A stretch of DNA of 64,000 nt from a virus. The translations under genes were made by a program, and so were the position numbers. The notes beneath the pieces were generated by a model, which ran no database searches, was not told where the DNA came from, and was given only the letters and a program-made list of their open reading frames with translations. The stretch spans positions 1 through 64,000 of IMG/VR virus record IMGVR_UViG_3300027833_000001; one strand, written 5' to 3'. Shown one piece after another: positions 54,023-63,980 of the stretch. Position 1 is the stretch's first letter, and the number at the start of each line of letters is the position of its first letter.

Positions 54023-54570
54023 AAACTTTATCAATAGAAAGTTGGGGAACTCAAGCAGAATATATTCGTAGTGGTCTTAATCTGACGCTATTCGATAAAA
54101 ACCTAGCAGAGATAGTTGACAATGGTATTGATGCTTGTATTGTATGTACCTTCAACTTACTAAGCATTCCAAACTTTAAAGAGTTTCTTGATGTTATGTT
54201 GGAATTCAAGACTGTTGCATGGCTTCGTGGTGAAGGTAAGGTATCTTTGGACACTTTCCCAGTTCATAGTCATTATCATTTATCATCATTGATATTAGAT
54301 GATAAACAGCTTGACAACCTCCGCAATTTAGTGTATTATATGTCTAAATCTGTAGATGATAGGGATGTTACTAAATTTAACTCAATAGAGTTCGCTAAGT
54401 TTGAGCGAGTACTCACATGGGTTGAGGAGAATAGGTTTACTGGTGATGAATTAGTCAAGAATAGATTAGATTTTAAAAAGTTTATTGATGAACACGATAA
54501 GGAAAGGGGTACGAACTTTACCAAAACTTTTCCAGAATTGGAGTATTTCTACGAGATGTGTAATGGCTGA
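54019..54570 (+). CDS. Truncated paralog of the downstream radical SAM family (C-terminal half only)
   Basis: SIESWGTQAEYIRSGL, TFNLLSI and DKERGTNFTKTFPEL present, but no CxxxCxxC or GGEP. Confidence 0.7.
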   Translation: MKTLSIESWGTQAEYIRSGLNLTLFDKNLAEIVDNGIDACIVCTFNLLSIPNFKEFLDVMLEFKTVAWLRGEGKVSLDTFPVHSHYHLSSLILDDKQLDNLRNLVYYMSKSVDDRDVTKFNSIEFAKFERVLTWVEENRFTGDELVKNRLDFKKFIDEHDKERGTNFTKTFPELEYFYEMCNG

Positions 54571-55948
54571 AGAAGGCACTAATGAATATTGGATCAAAGA
54601 ATTAAAAGATAAAAGAATCAAGATAAATGAAATAAGTCCTTCTTTTTGTTCTGCTAAATGGTTACAGACTACTCTGATGTTACAGAATGGTTATAATCAT
54701 TCATGTCACCATCCATCCCCACACAAGATTCCTGTTGAAGAAGTCTTGGCAAATCCAGCGGCATTGCATAATAGTAATTATAAGAAAGTGCAAAGAGACA
54801 AGATGTTGTCTGGTGTTCGACCTAAAGAATGTGACTATTGTTGGAAGATAGAAGACTTAGACAAAGAGTATTTCTCTGACAGACATTACAAGACTGCTGA
54901 TTGGTGGGCTTGGGATAAAGTTGACATTATTGCAAAGAGCGATCCTTACGAAGATGTTTATCCTACTTACTTAGAAGTATCATTCAGTAATGCTTGCAAC
55001 TTTGCCTGTGCTTATTGCTCACCCGAAATATCTTCTGGGTGGATGAAAGACATTCAGAAAGATGGCGTGTATCCAGTTAAGTTTGGTTCACATGATTTGA
55101 ACTATCTTAAAGAAGTCGGCAAGTATCCATTCAAGAATAGTGATCCAAATCCTTATGTTGATGCATTTTGGAAATGGTTCCCAGAAGCATTTAAACATCT
55201 AAAAGTATTCCGCATTACTGGTGGTGAACCTACAATGTCAAAAGACTTTTGGAAAGCAGTCGATTATATTGTAGAACATCATCACGAAAATCCAGAACTT
55301 AAAATAGGAATCAATAGTAACTTAGGTACAGACCCACGTTTGATCGAAAGACTTATTGAGTCTGTTATAAGACTAGAATCACATGGCATTGATGTTGAGA
55401 TATTCACTAGCGCAGAAAGTACTGGTAATAAAGCCGAGTATGCTAGAGATGGTATTGTCTATGATGAATGGATAGCGAACATAGAACGTATGTTGACAGA
55501 AACAAATTGTCGTGTTGTTATTATGACAACGGTAAATATATTGTCGATATCTTCAATGGTTGAGTTTGTTCAAGATATAATGGACTTACGTATTAAGTTT
55601 AATCAGAACTTGGCGCATAATAGAATACCATTAAGTGTAAACTACTTACGTTATCCACCGCATTTACAGTGTACATTGTTGACACCTATTTACCGAGAGA
55701 CAATGGCTAATACATTAGAGGTATTTTGTGAGAGTTGGTTGAAGTATGATTCACCTGACAAATTTGCTAGATTGTACTTAGAAGAATTTGACCAAGTTAA
55801 AAGACTTTGTGACTATCTGAGATCGGAGCCTACCGCAGATAAATACAGAGAAGACTTTGCAAACTTTATTAAAGAATACGATAGGCGAAGAGGAAAGAAC
55901 TTTAAAAATACTTTCCCCGAATTGATTAAAGATATGGAGAAATGGTGA
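54563..55948 (+). CDS. Radical SAM enzyme with N-terminal Twitch/SPASM-like region (paralog 1)
   Basis: FCSAKW..SCHH..CDYC; CNFACAYC; TGGEP. Confidence 0.9.
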   Translation: MAEEGTNEYWIKELKDKRIKINEISPSFCSAKWLQTTLMLQNGYNHSCHHPSPHKIPVEEVLANPAALHNSNYKKVQRDKMLSGVRPKECDYCWKIEDLDKEYFSDRHYKTADWWAWDKVDIIAKSDPYEDVYPTYLEVSFSNACNFACAYCSPEISSGWMKDIQKDGVYPVKFGSHDLNYLKEVGKYPFKNSDPNPYVDAFWKWFPEAFKHLKVFRITGGEPTMSKDFWKAVDYIVEHHHENPELKIGINSNLGTDPRLIERLIESVIRLESHGIDVEIFTSAESTGNKAEYARDGIVYDEWIANIERMLTETNCRVVIMTTVNILSISSMVEFVQDIMDLRIKFNQNLAHNRIPLSVNYLRYPPHLQCTLLTPIYRETMANTLEVFCESWLKYDSPDKFARLYLEEFDQVKRLCDYLRSEPTADKYREDFANFIKEYDRRRGKNFKNTFPELIKDMEKW

Positions 55949-57456
55949 AAAAAGAACATGATTTAATTAAGTATCGGGAAGATATTCTTGATACCAAATC
56001 TAAAAGTTTTTGTGGTGCAAAGTGGTACAATGCTACTACTTGGTTGGGCAGTGGCACTACTGCTTCATGTCATCACCCGCCCGCGCATAAAATCCCACTA
56101 GACGAAATCAAAGTCGACCCATCTGCAATTCATAATACTAAGCATAAGAAAACTATGCGGAAGATGATGCAGAAAGGCGAACGTCCAAGAGAGTGTGAAT
56201 ACTGCTGGAAAGTAGAAGACATGGATACGGGTGCTGTTAGTGACCGTACATACAAGTCGATCATCTATTCAGAAGAAGAACTTCAAGCCGCATTTGAAAT
56301 GGACCCTGATGAGAGTGTTGATTTAAAAACATTTGAAATATCATTTGACCGTACTTGTCAGTTGGCTTGTTCTTATTGCAACTCAAGTTTCAGTACAACA
56401 TGGGCTAAAGATATTAATAAGAAAGGTCCATATCAGAATCTAGTATCTGATGGTGCTGGAGCATTCCAACATAACGGAGATTGGGCAGATCCATATGGCA
56501 AGAAAGAAACTAACCCGTATGTAACAGCATTCTGGGATTGGTGGAATGACGGACTATCTAAGAGTCTAGACGAATTGCGAGTTACTGGTGGTGAGCCGTT
56601 GATGTCAGATCAGGTATGGAAACTGTTTGACTGGTTTGGTGAGAATAAAACAGATATGAGATTTGCAATCAATTCAAACTTGATGGCAAAAGATTCTATC
56701 ATTGATGCGATGATTGCGAAGACACAGAAAGTAGATCAGTTCCATCTTTATACTAGTTGTGAAGCAACGGGATTACAAGCAGATTATATCCGCGACGGAT
56801 TACATTATGAAACTTGGAAAAATAATGTATACAAGATACTGACTAATGGTAGACTTAGTGGTTGTAATATTATGATGACTATTAATAGTTTATGTTTGTT
56901 TAGTATCACGGACTTTCTTGATGATGTATATGATATGAAAATACACACAGGAATGAAAGCACCTGTTGTTAGTTTAAACTTGTTACGTTTTCCTAGCTTT
57001 CAATCTCCTCTTGCTTTACCAGATCATCTTAAAGATCACTGTCGAAAGCAACTACAAGATTGGTGGGAAGAAAAGAAAGATTTAAAATTGTGGCATGAAT
57101 TTGAAAGGGCTAGTATAGAACGTCTTATTGACTATCTTGTTACTGTTGATGCACCACATAGACGTACAAGTGATAAGATGACTTTATGGAGAGACTTCAA
57201 AACTTTCTATGCTCAATACGATGAAAGAAGAGGGTTGTCATTATCTGTATTTCCTAAAATTCTTACTGACTGGGTAGAAACTATTCCTACTACAGAAACT
57301 ATTCCATTAAAAGAAATGATTGATGGTGATAGCACTAGACAGTATGACAATGACCCCGATTTACAAGAGACTGTATCGTTAGCGAATGAAGAGGGTTGGG
57401 TACTTGACCCAGATAGTGAGAATATTGATGAACCTTTAGCATCGTATGACGAATGA
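55942..57456 (+). CDS. Radical SAM enzyme (paralog 2)
   Basis: FCGAKW..SCHH..CEYC; CQLACSYC; TGGEP. Confidence 0.9.
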   Translation: MVKKEHDLIKYREDILDTKSKSFCGAKWYNATTWLGSGTTASCHHPPAHKIPLDEIKVDPSAIHNTKHKKTMRKMMQKGERPRECEYCWKVEDMDTGAVSDRTYKSIIYSEEELQAAFEMDPDESVDLKTFEISFDRTCQLACSYCNSSFSTTWAKDINKKGPYQNLVSDGAGAFQHNGDWADPYGKKETNPYVTAFWDWWNDGLSKSLDELRVTGGEPLMSDQVWKLFDWFGENKTDMRFAINSNLMAKDSIIDAMIAKTQKVDQFHLYTSCEATGLQADYIRDGLHYETWKNNVYKILTNGRLSGCNIMMTINSLCLFSITDFLDDVYDMKIHTGMKAPVVSLNLLRFPSFQSPLALPDHLKDHCRKQLQDWWEEKKDLKLWHEFERASIERLIDYLVTVDAPHRRTSDKMTLWRDFKTFYAQYDERRGLSLSVFPKILTDWVETIPTTETIPLKEMIDGDSTRQYDNDPDLQETVSLANEEGWVLDPDSENIDEPLASYDE

Positions 57457-58766
57457 CCAGTTCTTATTTTTGTACAGCACCATGGACACACACCTATGCC
57501 TCTCCTACTGGAGAGCGTAGGCTTTGTTGTGCAAGTAGAGAAGACGCATCGTTTCAAAAGCAATACATAGACTCTGGTAACAAAGCTGGAGAATTTAATC
57601 CTGTATCTTTGAAAGAACATTGGAACAGTGAGTACATGAAAGATATTCGCAAACGTATGCTTGCGGGTGAGAAAATAAAACAGTGTGAAGTATGTAATGA
57701 TAATATATTAAACTTACACACCTATAGAAAATACTTTACGGAAACATTGTTCCCACATAAAGTGGAAGATATAATAGCTAGAACAGAGCCAGATGGTCAT
57801 TACAACGATCTTCCTATTTCATATGACTATCGTATATCAAATCTTTGCAACTTCAAATGTAGAATGTGTGGTGATCAGTTGTCGAGCAGTTGGGAAGCAG
57901 AGAATAAGATAAATGGTAGAATGCAAACTCAACCATGGACACAAAAAGACACTAGAAAGAAAATAGATACATTTCAGAAAGAAGTGTTAGAAGAAGAACT
58001 TCAAGCCGCAGTAGATGAGCGTAGAATAGAAGAAATATATTGGGTAGGTGGTGAGCCTTTAATGTGGGAACGCCATTGGACTATCTTAGAACAATTAGTG
58101 TATGATGGACAAGCAAAGGATGTTACACTAAGATATAATACAAATTTAAGTAGAGTATCATACAAGGGTATTGAGTTGTTCGACTTACTTCCACATTTCA
58201 AGCACGTTAATCTATGTGCATCGATTGATGGAGCTGGTGAAGTCGGTGAGTATATTAGAACTGGTCTAAAGTGGGATGAGTGGCTAGATAATTTTAAAAA
58301 AGGTATTCCTTTAATAGAAAAATATGGCAATGATGCTATGGTGTTTGATGTTACATTGACAACTCCAGGATTGTTTGATTTAAAACGCCTGTTCGATGTT
58401 GTTACAGAATTGGATGTAAAATCGTACTTCAAGTTCACTTTTGCATTTGATCCATCTGTTGTTATGAGTCCTTTATGTTTGCCCAGAGAGATATTAGAAG
58501 AAACCGTTAACGATTTGATTGATTACATTACTCCTAGAATGACTGATAAGACCCATGTATATAAAACATCTCTTGTTAATCTTTTGACTAGACAGACATT
58601 TCAAGAACAGTGGCCAAGAAAGTATGAAGAAGGAATCAGAAGTGGTAAAGGACATATGAAATATCTTGATCGTATTAGAAACGATAATATTGTTTTTAGA
58701 GACACTCTATCTGATAGTGCAAAAATCTGGTGGGATGCAATACCAGAAAATGAGGATTTGCCATGA
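57453..58766 (+). CDS. Radical SAM enzyme (paralog 3)
   Basis: FCTAPWTH..LCC..CEVC; CNFKCRMC; VGGEP. Confidence 0.9.
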   Translation: MTSSYFCTAPWTHTYASPTGERRLCCASREDASFQKQYIDSGNKAGEFNPVSLKEHWNSEYMKDIRKRMLAGEKIKQCEVCNDNILNLHTYRKYFTETLFPHKVEDIIARTEPDGHYNDLPISYDYRISNLCNFKCRMCGDQLSSSWEAENKINGRMQTQPWTQKDTRKKIDTFQKEVLEEELQAAVDERRIEEIYWVGGEPLMWERHWTILEQLVYDGQAKDVTLRYNTNLSRVSYKGIELFDLLPHFKHVNLCASIDGAGEVGEYIRTGLKWDEWLDNFKKGIPLIEKYGNDAMVFDVTLTTPGLFDLKRLFDVVTELDVKSYFKFTFAFDPSVVMSPLCLPREILEETVNDLIDYITPRMTDKTHVYKTSLVNLLTRQTFQEQWPRKYEEGIRSGKGHMKYLDRIRNDNIVFRDTLSDSAKIWWDAIPENEDLP

Positions 58767-59956
58767 GTAAAACTTTTTGCCCTTTACCATGGACACATTT
58801 GGCTACACACCCCCAAGGTGAATTGACTCTTTGTTGTGAAGCGGATCATACAATGGGAATCTCTGAAGCATTTGATACTGATGAGTTTGGTCAACGTAAG
58901 CCGAGAACTCTTCATACAACTGAATATGATTTCGATGCAATACAGAACAGTGGTTCATTTAGTCGAGTCAGAAGAGAGATGCTTGACGGTAAGAAACCTC
59001 CTCAATGTACAAGATGTTTCGACTTAGAGAAAGTTGGAATAAAATCTAAACGTCAATATGAAAGCGACCGATTAAACTTTGATGAAACCAAAGCAATAGA
59101 AATAACAAATGCCGACGGAACAATCAATGAAGTTTCTTACGAGTTTGTTGAGTTACGTTTGGGTAATCATTGTAATCTAGCTTGTCGTTCTTGCAACCCA
59201 TTATCAACTAGCCGATGGACAAAAGATTGGAATGAAGTAAATCCTGATAATAAACTTTCAGTTACACAGAAGCTATTCAACTGGCCACTTGATACTGATT
59301 TCTGGGAGAAACTGTTAGAGCATTCTAATACACTTAGGTATGTTTATATTAACGGTGGAGAGCCATTACTAATTGATAAGCACTTGCAATTCTTAATTGA
59401 TCTTGTTAAGTGTGGTAGATCAAAAGATATTACTTTAGTTTATTCTACTAATTGCACTGTTGTTAACCACATATACGAAGACGTATGGCGACACTTCAAG
59501 CACGTACAGTTAATGGTATCTATTGATTGTCTAGCTGAAAGAAATTCGTTTATTCGCTCACCATCAAAGTGGGATGTTATACTACAGACATTAGAATGGA
59601 TAAAAGCAATATGTAAAGTAGATAATATATCATACAATATTATGCAAACGGTTTCTGTTTATAACATCTATTATATGAAAGAGTTCCATGAATTCTTTGA
59701 GTTTGCACCTTACGTATCGATGAACTTTGTGACTGATCCTTCTTATCTGGATCCTGCACTATTACCACAAGAGATAAAAGATGCTGTTATTGCTAAGTTC
59801 CCAAACCAGACAGTTATAGATTATTTGTCTAAAGGTGAATGCGCTGACAACATGAAAGAATTCCACAAGAAGAATGCTAAGATGGATGAATTGAGAAAAC
59901 AAGATTTCAAAGCAACATTCCCAGAACTATACGATATGGTGATTCCCTATGTCTGA
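58763..59956 (+). CDS. Radical SAM enzyme (paralog 4)
   Basis: FCPLPWTH..LCC..CTRC; CNLACRSC; NGGEP. Confidence 0.9.
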   Translation: MSKTFCPLPWTHLATHPQGELTLCCEADHTMGISEAFDTDEFGQRKPRTLHTTEYDFDAIQNSGSFSRVRREMLDGKKPPQCTRCFDLEKVGIKSKRQYESDRLNFDETKAIEITNADGTINEVSYEFVELRLGNHCNLACRSCNPLSTSRWTKDWNEVNPDNKLSVTQKLFNWPLDTDFWEKLLEHSNTLRYVYINGGEPLLIDKHLQFLIDLVKCGRSKDITLVYSTNCTVVNHIYEDVWRHFKHVQLMVSIDCLAERNSFIRSPSKWDVILQTLEWIKAICKVDNISYNIMQTVSVYNIYYMKEFHEFFEFAPYVSMNFVTDPSYLDPALLPQEIKDAVIAKFPNQTVIDYLSKGECADNMKEFHKKNAKMDELRKQDFKATFPELYDMVIPYV

Positions 59957-61145
59957 TAAATTTTTCTGTGTAGCACCATTTGTTCATCTTTATGGACACA
60001 CAACAGGAGCAATTAAAACTTGTTGTGTTGGTGAAAAAACTTACGGTGATACAAAAGTAAATTCACTTGAAGAAATATGGCACAATGATGAATTTAAAAA
60101 TCTTAGAAAAGAATTTATTGCTGGTGATATCACAGATAATATAGCTAAGAATTGTGCCACTTGTATTAACTTTGAAAAGTCTGGAGTGCATAGTTTACGT
60201 ACAGCTATGAATGACTCTTATATGCAGTTCGCTGACATAGAAGAAGATCCTGATTTAAACTTAATGTATATGGATTTTAGATTTAATAATTTTTGTAACT
60301 TTAAATGTCGAGGTTGTTACAACGAGTATAGTAGTTCTATTAATGATGAAGATCATGGAGAAAGACAAGATATTATTTTTGCGGGTAAAACTGATAGAGA
60401 CATATTCGATCAAATTTATCCGTTGTTAGAAGATGTACAGAAAATTTATTTTGCTGGTGGTGAGCCTCTCATACAATGGCAACATTGGGAAATACTTGAA
60501 AGACTAGTAGAGATTGGAAGAACTGATGTTACCCTAGTGTACAATACAAATTTCAGCACAATGAAATATAAGGGTGGTAAAAATGTTATTGACTACTGGA
60601 AGAAATTTACTGACATTCAACTCTTATTGAGTTTTGATGGTATAGACAAAGGAGCAGAATACTGGCGAAATGGTTCTGACTGGCCACGACTTGTTAAGAA
60701 TGTTCATCGAGTAGTAAATGAAGCACCTCATGTTAATGTAGGTTGTACTACTACAGTTGGTTGGGCTAATCTGTACACTGCTATGGATTTTATTGATTAT
60801 TGTTCAGATAACTCAAAGACATTTATTAATCCTGAAGGTATAAATATAAACGTATTGCAACACCCAGTACATTTTTGTGTGCAGACTCTTCCTGATTGGA
60901 AGAAAGAAGAACTTGAAATACGCATTAGAAAAACACTGCATAAATATGATAGTATGGGATATAAAGATTCCTTACTATCTCGTAATCTACACGCATTGAT
61001 CACTTTCATGTGGGCAGACCGAAACGATAAAGTAGTACTTAAAGGTGCATGGAAAAGGATTGTTACTAAAAGAGACAAACTTAGAAATGAAAACTTCTTT
61101 GAGACATTTCCAGAACATATAAACATGAAAGAGTTAGTTGAATGA
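59949..61145 (+). CDS. Radical SAM enzyme (paralog 5)
   Basis: FCVAPFVH..TCC..CATC; CNFKCRGC; AGGEP. Confidence 0.9.
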   Translation: MSDKFFCVAPFVHLYGHTTGAIKTCCVGEKTYGDTKVNSLEEIWHNDEFKNLRKEFIAGDITDNIAKNCATCINFEKSGVHSLRTAMNDSYMQFADIEEDPDLNLMYMDFRFNNFCNFKCRGCYNEYSSSINDEDHGERQDIIFAGKTDRDIFDQIYPLLEDVQKIYFAGGEPLIQWQHWEILERLVEIGRTDVTLVYNTNFSTMKYKGGKNVIDYWKKFTDIQLLLSFDGIDKGAEYWRNGSDWPRLVKNVHRVVNEAPHVNVGCTTTVGWANLYTAMDFIDYCSDNSKTFINPEGININVLQHPVHFCVQTLPDWKKEELEIRIRKTLHKYDSMGYKDSLLSRNLHALITFMWADRNDKVVLKGAWKRIVTKRDKLRNENFFETFPEHINMKELVE

Positions 61146-62410
61146 GTGATGATATTTTTCCAATAAAAACTGCTACAGCCTGTCAATTCAAATGGTCATG
61201 GAGTACAATATTCTTATCTAAGGGTACAACTACAAGTTGTCACCGTTGCAACCATTGGGAATTTGATTTAAGCACACTCAAAGACTTTCATAATCTTCCT
61301 GGAAAGATTGGTGATAGAGAGAAGATGCTTGATGGTTTATGGCCAGGGAATGGATGTGAGTATTGTAAGAAGATTGAAGATGTTGGTGGTTCTAGTGAAC
61401 GTACAGCTTGGATAAACAAAAAAGATTTGATACCACCTGAGATTCTTGCTGGTGATATGAAAGCAACTAAAGTTACTCCACGTTTATTAGAAGTTTACTT
61501 TACCAACGTATGTAATCAAGCCTGTGTCTATTGTACTCCCCAATTCAGTTCCCAAATCGAAGCAGAACTTAGAAAGCACGGAGAAATACCAGCTAATCCT
61601 AGCTACATGAATCATCCTAGTATTGGCGATAACTATCCATTGTATCTACAGAAATTTTGGGAGTGGATGGAAGAACACGGATCAAAACTGTATGAGTTTC
61701 AGACTCTTGGTGGCGAACCTATGTATCAAAAAGAGTTTGAGCAGTGTATAAACTTCTTTGATAAACATCCAAATCCAAATCTCATTTGGAGAATCTTCAG
61801 CAATCTAAAGCATGATGAAGAGAAATTTAAAAAGAAGATTCAAAAAGTTAATGATCTTATTGCAAACAAAAAGATACGAGAGTTTCATATTGTTGCAAGC
61901 CAAGATTGTTGGGGTCCTCAAGCAGAGTACGCCAGATATGGAATGAATCTAAAGAACTGGGAAGCTAATCTCAGATATTGTTTATCACAGGGTGTTCCCG
62001 TTAATATCCATATGACAATCAGCGCACTGACTATTCCTACTCTAGGAGATTTCATAGACAAGATTTACAGTCTACGTAAAGAATACAAAGCAGGATTATG
62101 GATTAGTTCTAACACTATTGTTAAACCTGAATGTTTAGATCCATATATTTTTGGTGATAAAATTGCATTTTACTTAGAAGATGTTCTTACTAAGCTAACT
62201 GATCCAAATGACAAAGATCAGAAAGAATGTTTAGAAGGCATTCTTGTAGGAATGAAGTCTAGTAAAGTAAATATAAAAGAAGTAAATGATTTTAAAAATT
62301 ATTTGGATGAGATTGATAGGAGACGAAATACGAATTGGCGAATTCTTTATCCTGTTATCAGTGATATAACGGAGACAATTACGGAGAATATAATTGGCAC
62401 GTCAAGATGA
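61142..62410 (+). CDS. Radical SAM enzyme (paralog 6)
   Basis: ACQFKW..SCHR..CEYC; CNQACVYC; LGGEP. Confidence 0.9.
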   Translation: MSDDIFPIKTATACQFKWSWSTIFLSKGTTTSCHRCNHWEFDLSTLKDFHNLPGKIGDREKMLDGLWPGNGCEYCKKIEDVGGSSERTAWINKKDLIPPEILAGDMKATKVTPRLLEVYFTNVCNQACVYCTPQFSSQIEAELRKHGEIPANPSYMNHPSIGDNYPLYLQKFWEWMEEHGSKLYEFQTLGGEPMYQKEFEQCINFFDKHPNPNLIWRIFSNLKHDEEKFKKKIQKVNDLIANKKIREFHIVASQDCWGPQAEYARYGMNLKNWEANLRYCLSQGVPVNIHMTISALTIPTLGDFIDKIYSLRKEYKAGLWISSNTIVKPECLDPYIFGDKIAFYLEDVLTKLTDPNDKDQKECLEGILVGMKSSKVNIKEVNDFKNYLDEIDRRRNTNWRILYPVISDITETITENIIGTSR

Positions 62411-63980
62411 GCCTTTAACTGCCAATCAGGGCGATAGGATAATATTACTTTTAGAACGTATTGCAGAAGCACTTGAACATCCAAAACTTAGCCACAATAC
62501 GACCACGATATCTAATACTATTCCTAGACCGAATCTTGGTAGATATGAACAGGCAGAGTATCCAGAAATTACTTTCAATGTATTCTTTGATAGATTCAAT
62601 GAGTCTGTTACTAACCCCAATGGTAATGGACAAGCACAATACCCTCCAAATGGAAGTTTAAAAGATCATATTTGGGATACTATTTTCCAAAGAATGAAAA
62701 CACATACGTTTGCAATAAGAGCATACGATGTAAAAGACTATGAAAGCGCATCAAAGTCATTTGATGAGAATGATGTCAATATTTTCCCAGTAGATTTGTG
62801 GGTAGATATGGAATTTGGCAAATCAATATCATCAATATCAGATAACGCAAAGAAGCTAATTGCAGACAAAAAACTATCACTGTTCTTATGTCTAATGGGT
62901 GAAGCGTTTGGATGTGATTATGAAGACTGGATAGCTAAACTCTCACAAGCAATTATAGGACATGGTCTTGCACAAGGTAAGATTGCAATATCATGTGCTG
63001 ACTTACGATTCCCAGAAAACTACGAAGAGTGGTCTAAAGACAATACTAAAATAACTTCCATGTTTAAATTTGAGAATATATTTCCATATGAATATTTTCA
63101 GTTGTTATATGCAGAACAATTTCAAGCAAGAACTGGTAGATGGTTACCTGAAGGCAAGCCAGCTAAATTCGGTAATATAGATGCACTAAGACCTATAAGC
63201 GAGGCTGAAGTCATGTTGAGTGTTCCTGATGGAACTACTAAGACTAAAGACTTCTTATGTATGAATGCCAGATCGAGACCACATAGAATTGCTATGGTAT
63301 CAGAACTGCATAGATTAGGATTAGATAATAACTTTATTAGTTTATTGTTTAGAGGTGATGATGTTGATAGTATTGTTAACCAAGATGGAATAATTAATTT
63401 TATCCGCAATGAATATATGGACACTGAAGCGAAACTAAATCACTTCAACACAATGTTTGTTAAGAATAGAAGTAAGAGAAAAATAATACTAGATGCAGAT
63501 GAAGCAGTCCATGCAGATGATAGAATACTTAATACCAAATATTTTGATGAGTCTTATTTTAGTCTTGTTACAGAAACAAATTTTGGAGTAACACTTGGTG
63601 AAGGTCAATTTCATCAAGAGTCATACAACACAACGATGTTTATTACAGAGAAGACATTTAAACCTATAGCGTATTTTCATCCTATTATTGTTTTAGGATC
63701 TCCTTATACATTAGCATTTTTAAAAGACGAGGGTTACGATACTTTCGAAGAGATGTTTGATGAGTCATATGATTTAATACTTGATCCACAAGAACGCTTT
63801 AACGCTGTTGTTACCCAAGTGAACAACTGGTGTAGAAAACCAGAAAAAGAAAAACGAGAGATATACGATTCAGTTAAGAAGAAGTTACATCACAATCATT
63901 GCCACTTTATCGGTAGATTTGATACACTGAGAAGAAGGGAGAAAAACTACTACAGGTATTTAGGGGCAAAATTAAGATGA
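62394..63980 (+). CDS. Putative GT-B glycosyltransferase-like protein (GT10/exostosin-like C-terminus)
   Basis: FLCMNARSRPHR, SYFSLVTET and FITEKTFKPI..PIIVLG; TTG start with SD GGAG. Confidence 0.55.
   Translation: MARQDEPLTANQGDRIILLLERIAEALEHPKLSHNTTTISNTIPRPNLGRYEQAEYPEITFNVFFDRFNESVTNPNGNGQAQYPPNGSLKDHIWDTIFQRMKTHTFAIRAYDVKDYESASKSFDENDVNIFPVDLWVDMEFGKSISSISDNAKKLIADKKLSLFLCLMGEAFGCDYEDWIAKLSQAIIGHGLAQGKIAISCADLRFPENYEEWSKDNTKITSMFKFENIFPYEYFQLLYAEQFQARTGRWLPEGKPAKFGNIDALRPISEAEVMLSVPDGTTKTKDFLCMNARSRPHRIAMVSELHRLGLDNNFISLLFRGDDVDSIVNQDGIINFIRNEYMDTEAKLNHFNTMFVKNRSKRKIILDADEAVHADDRILNTKYFDESYFSLVTETNFGVTLGEGQFHQESYNTTMFITEKTFKPIAYFHPIIVLGSPYTLAFLKDEGYDTFEEMFDESYDLILDPQERFNAVVTQVNNWCRKPEKEKREIYDSVKKKLHHNHCHFIGRFDTLRRREKNYYRYLGAKLR

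Noticed and set aside
54485-54570. Programmed frameshift joining 54019 to the first radical SAM gene
   Set aside because: 54019 ends with the family's normal C-terminal motif and the next gene has its own ATG at 54563; ordinary overlap explains it.
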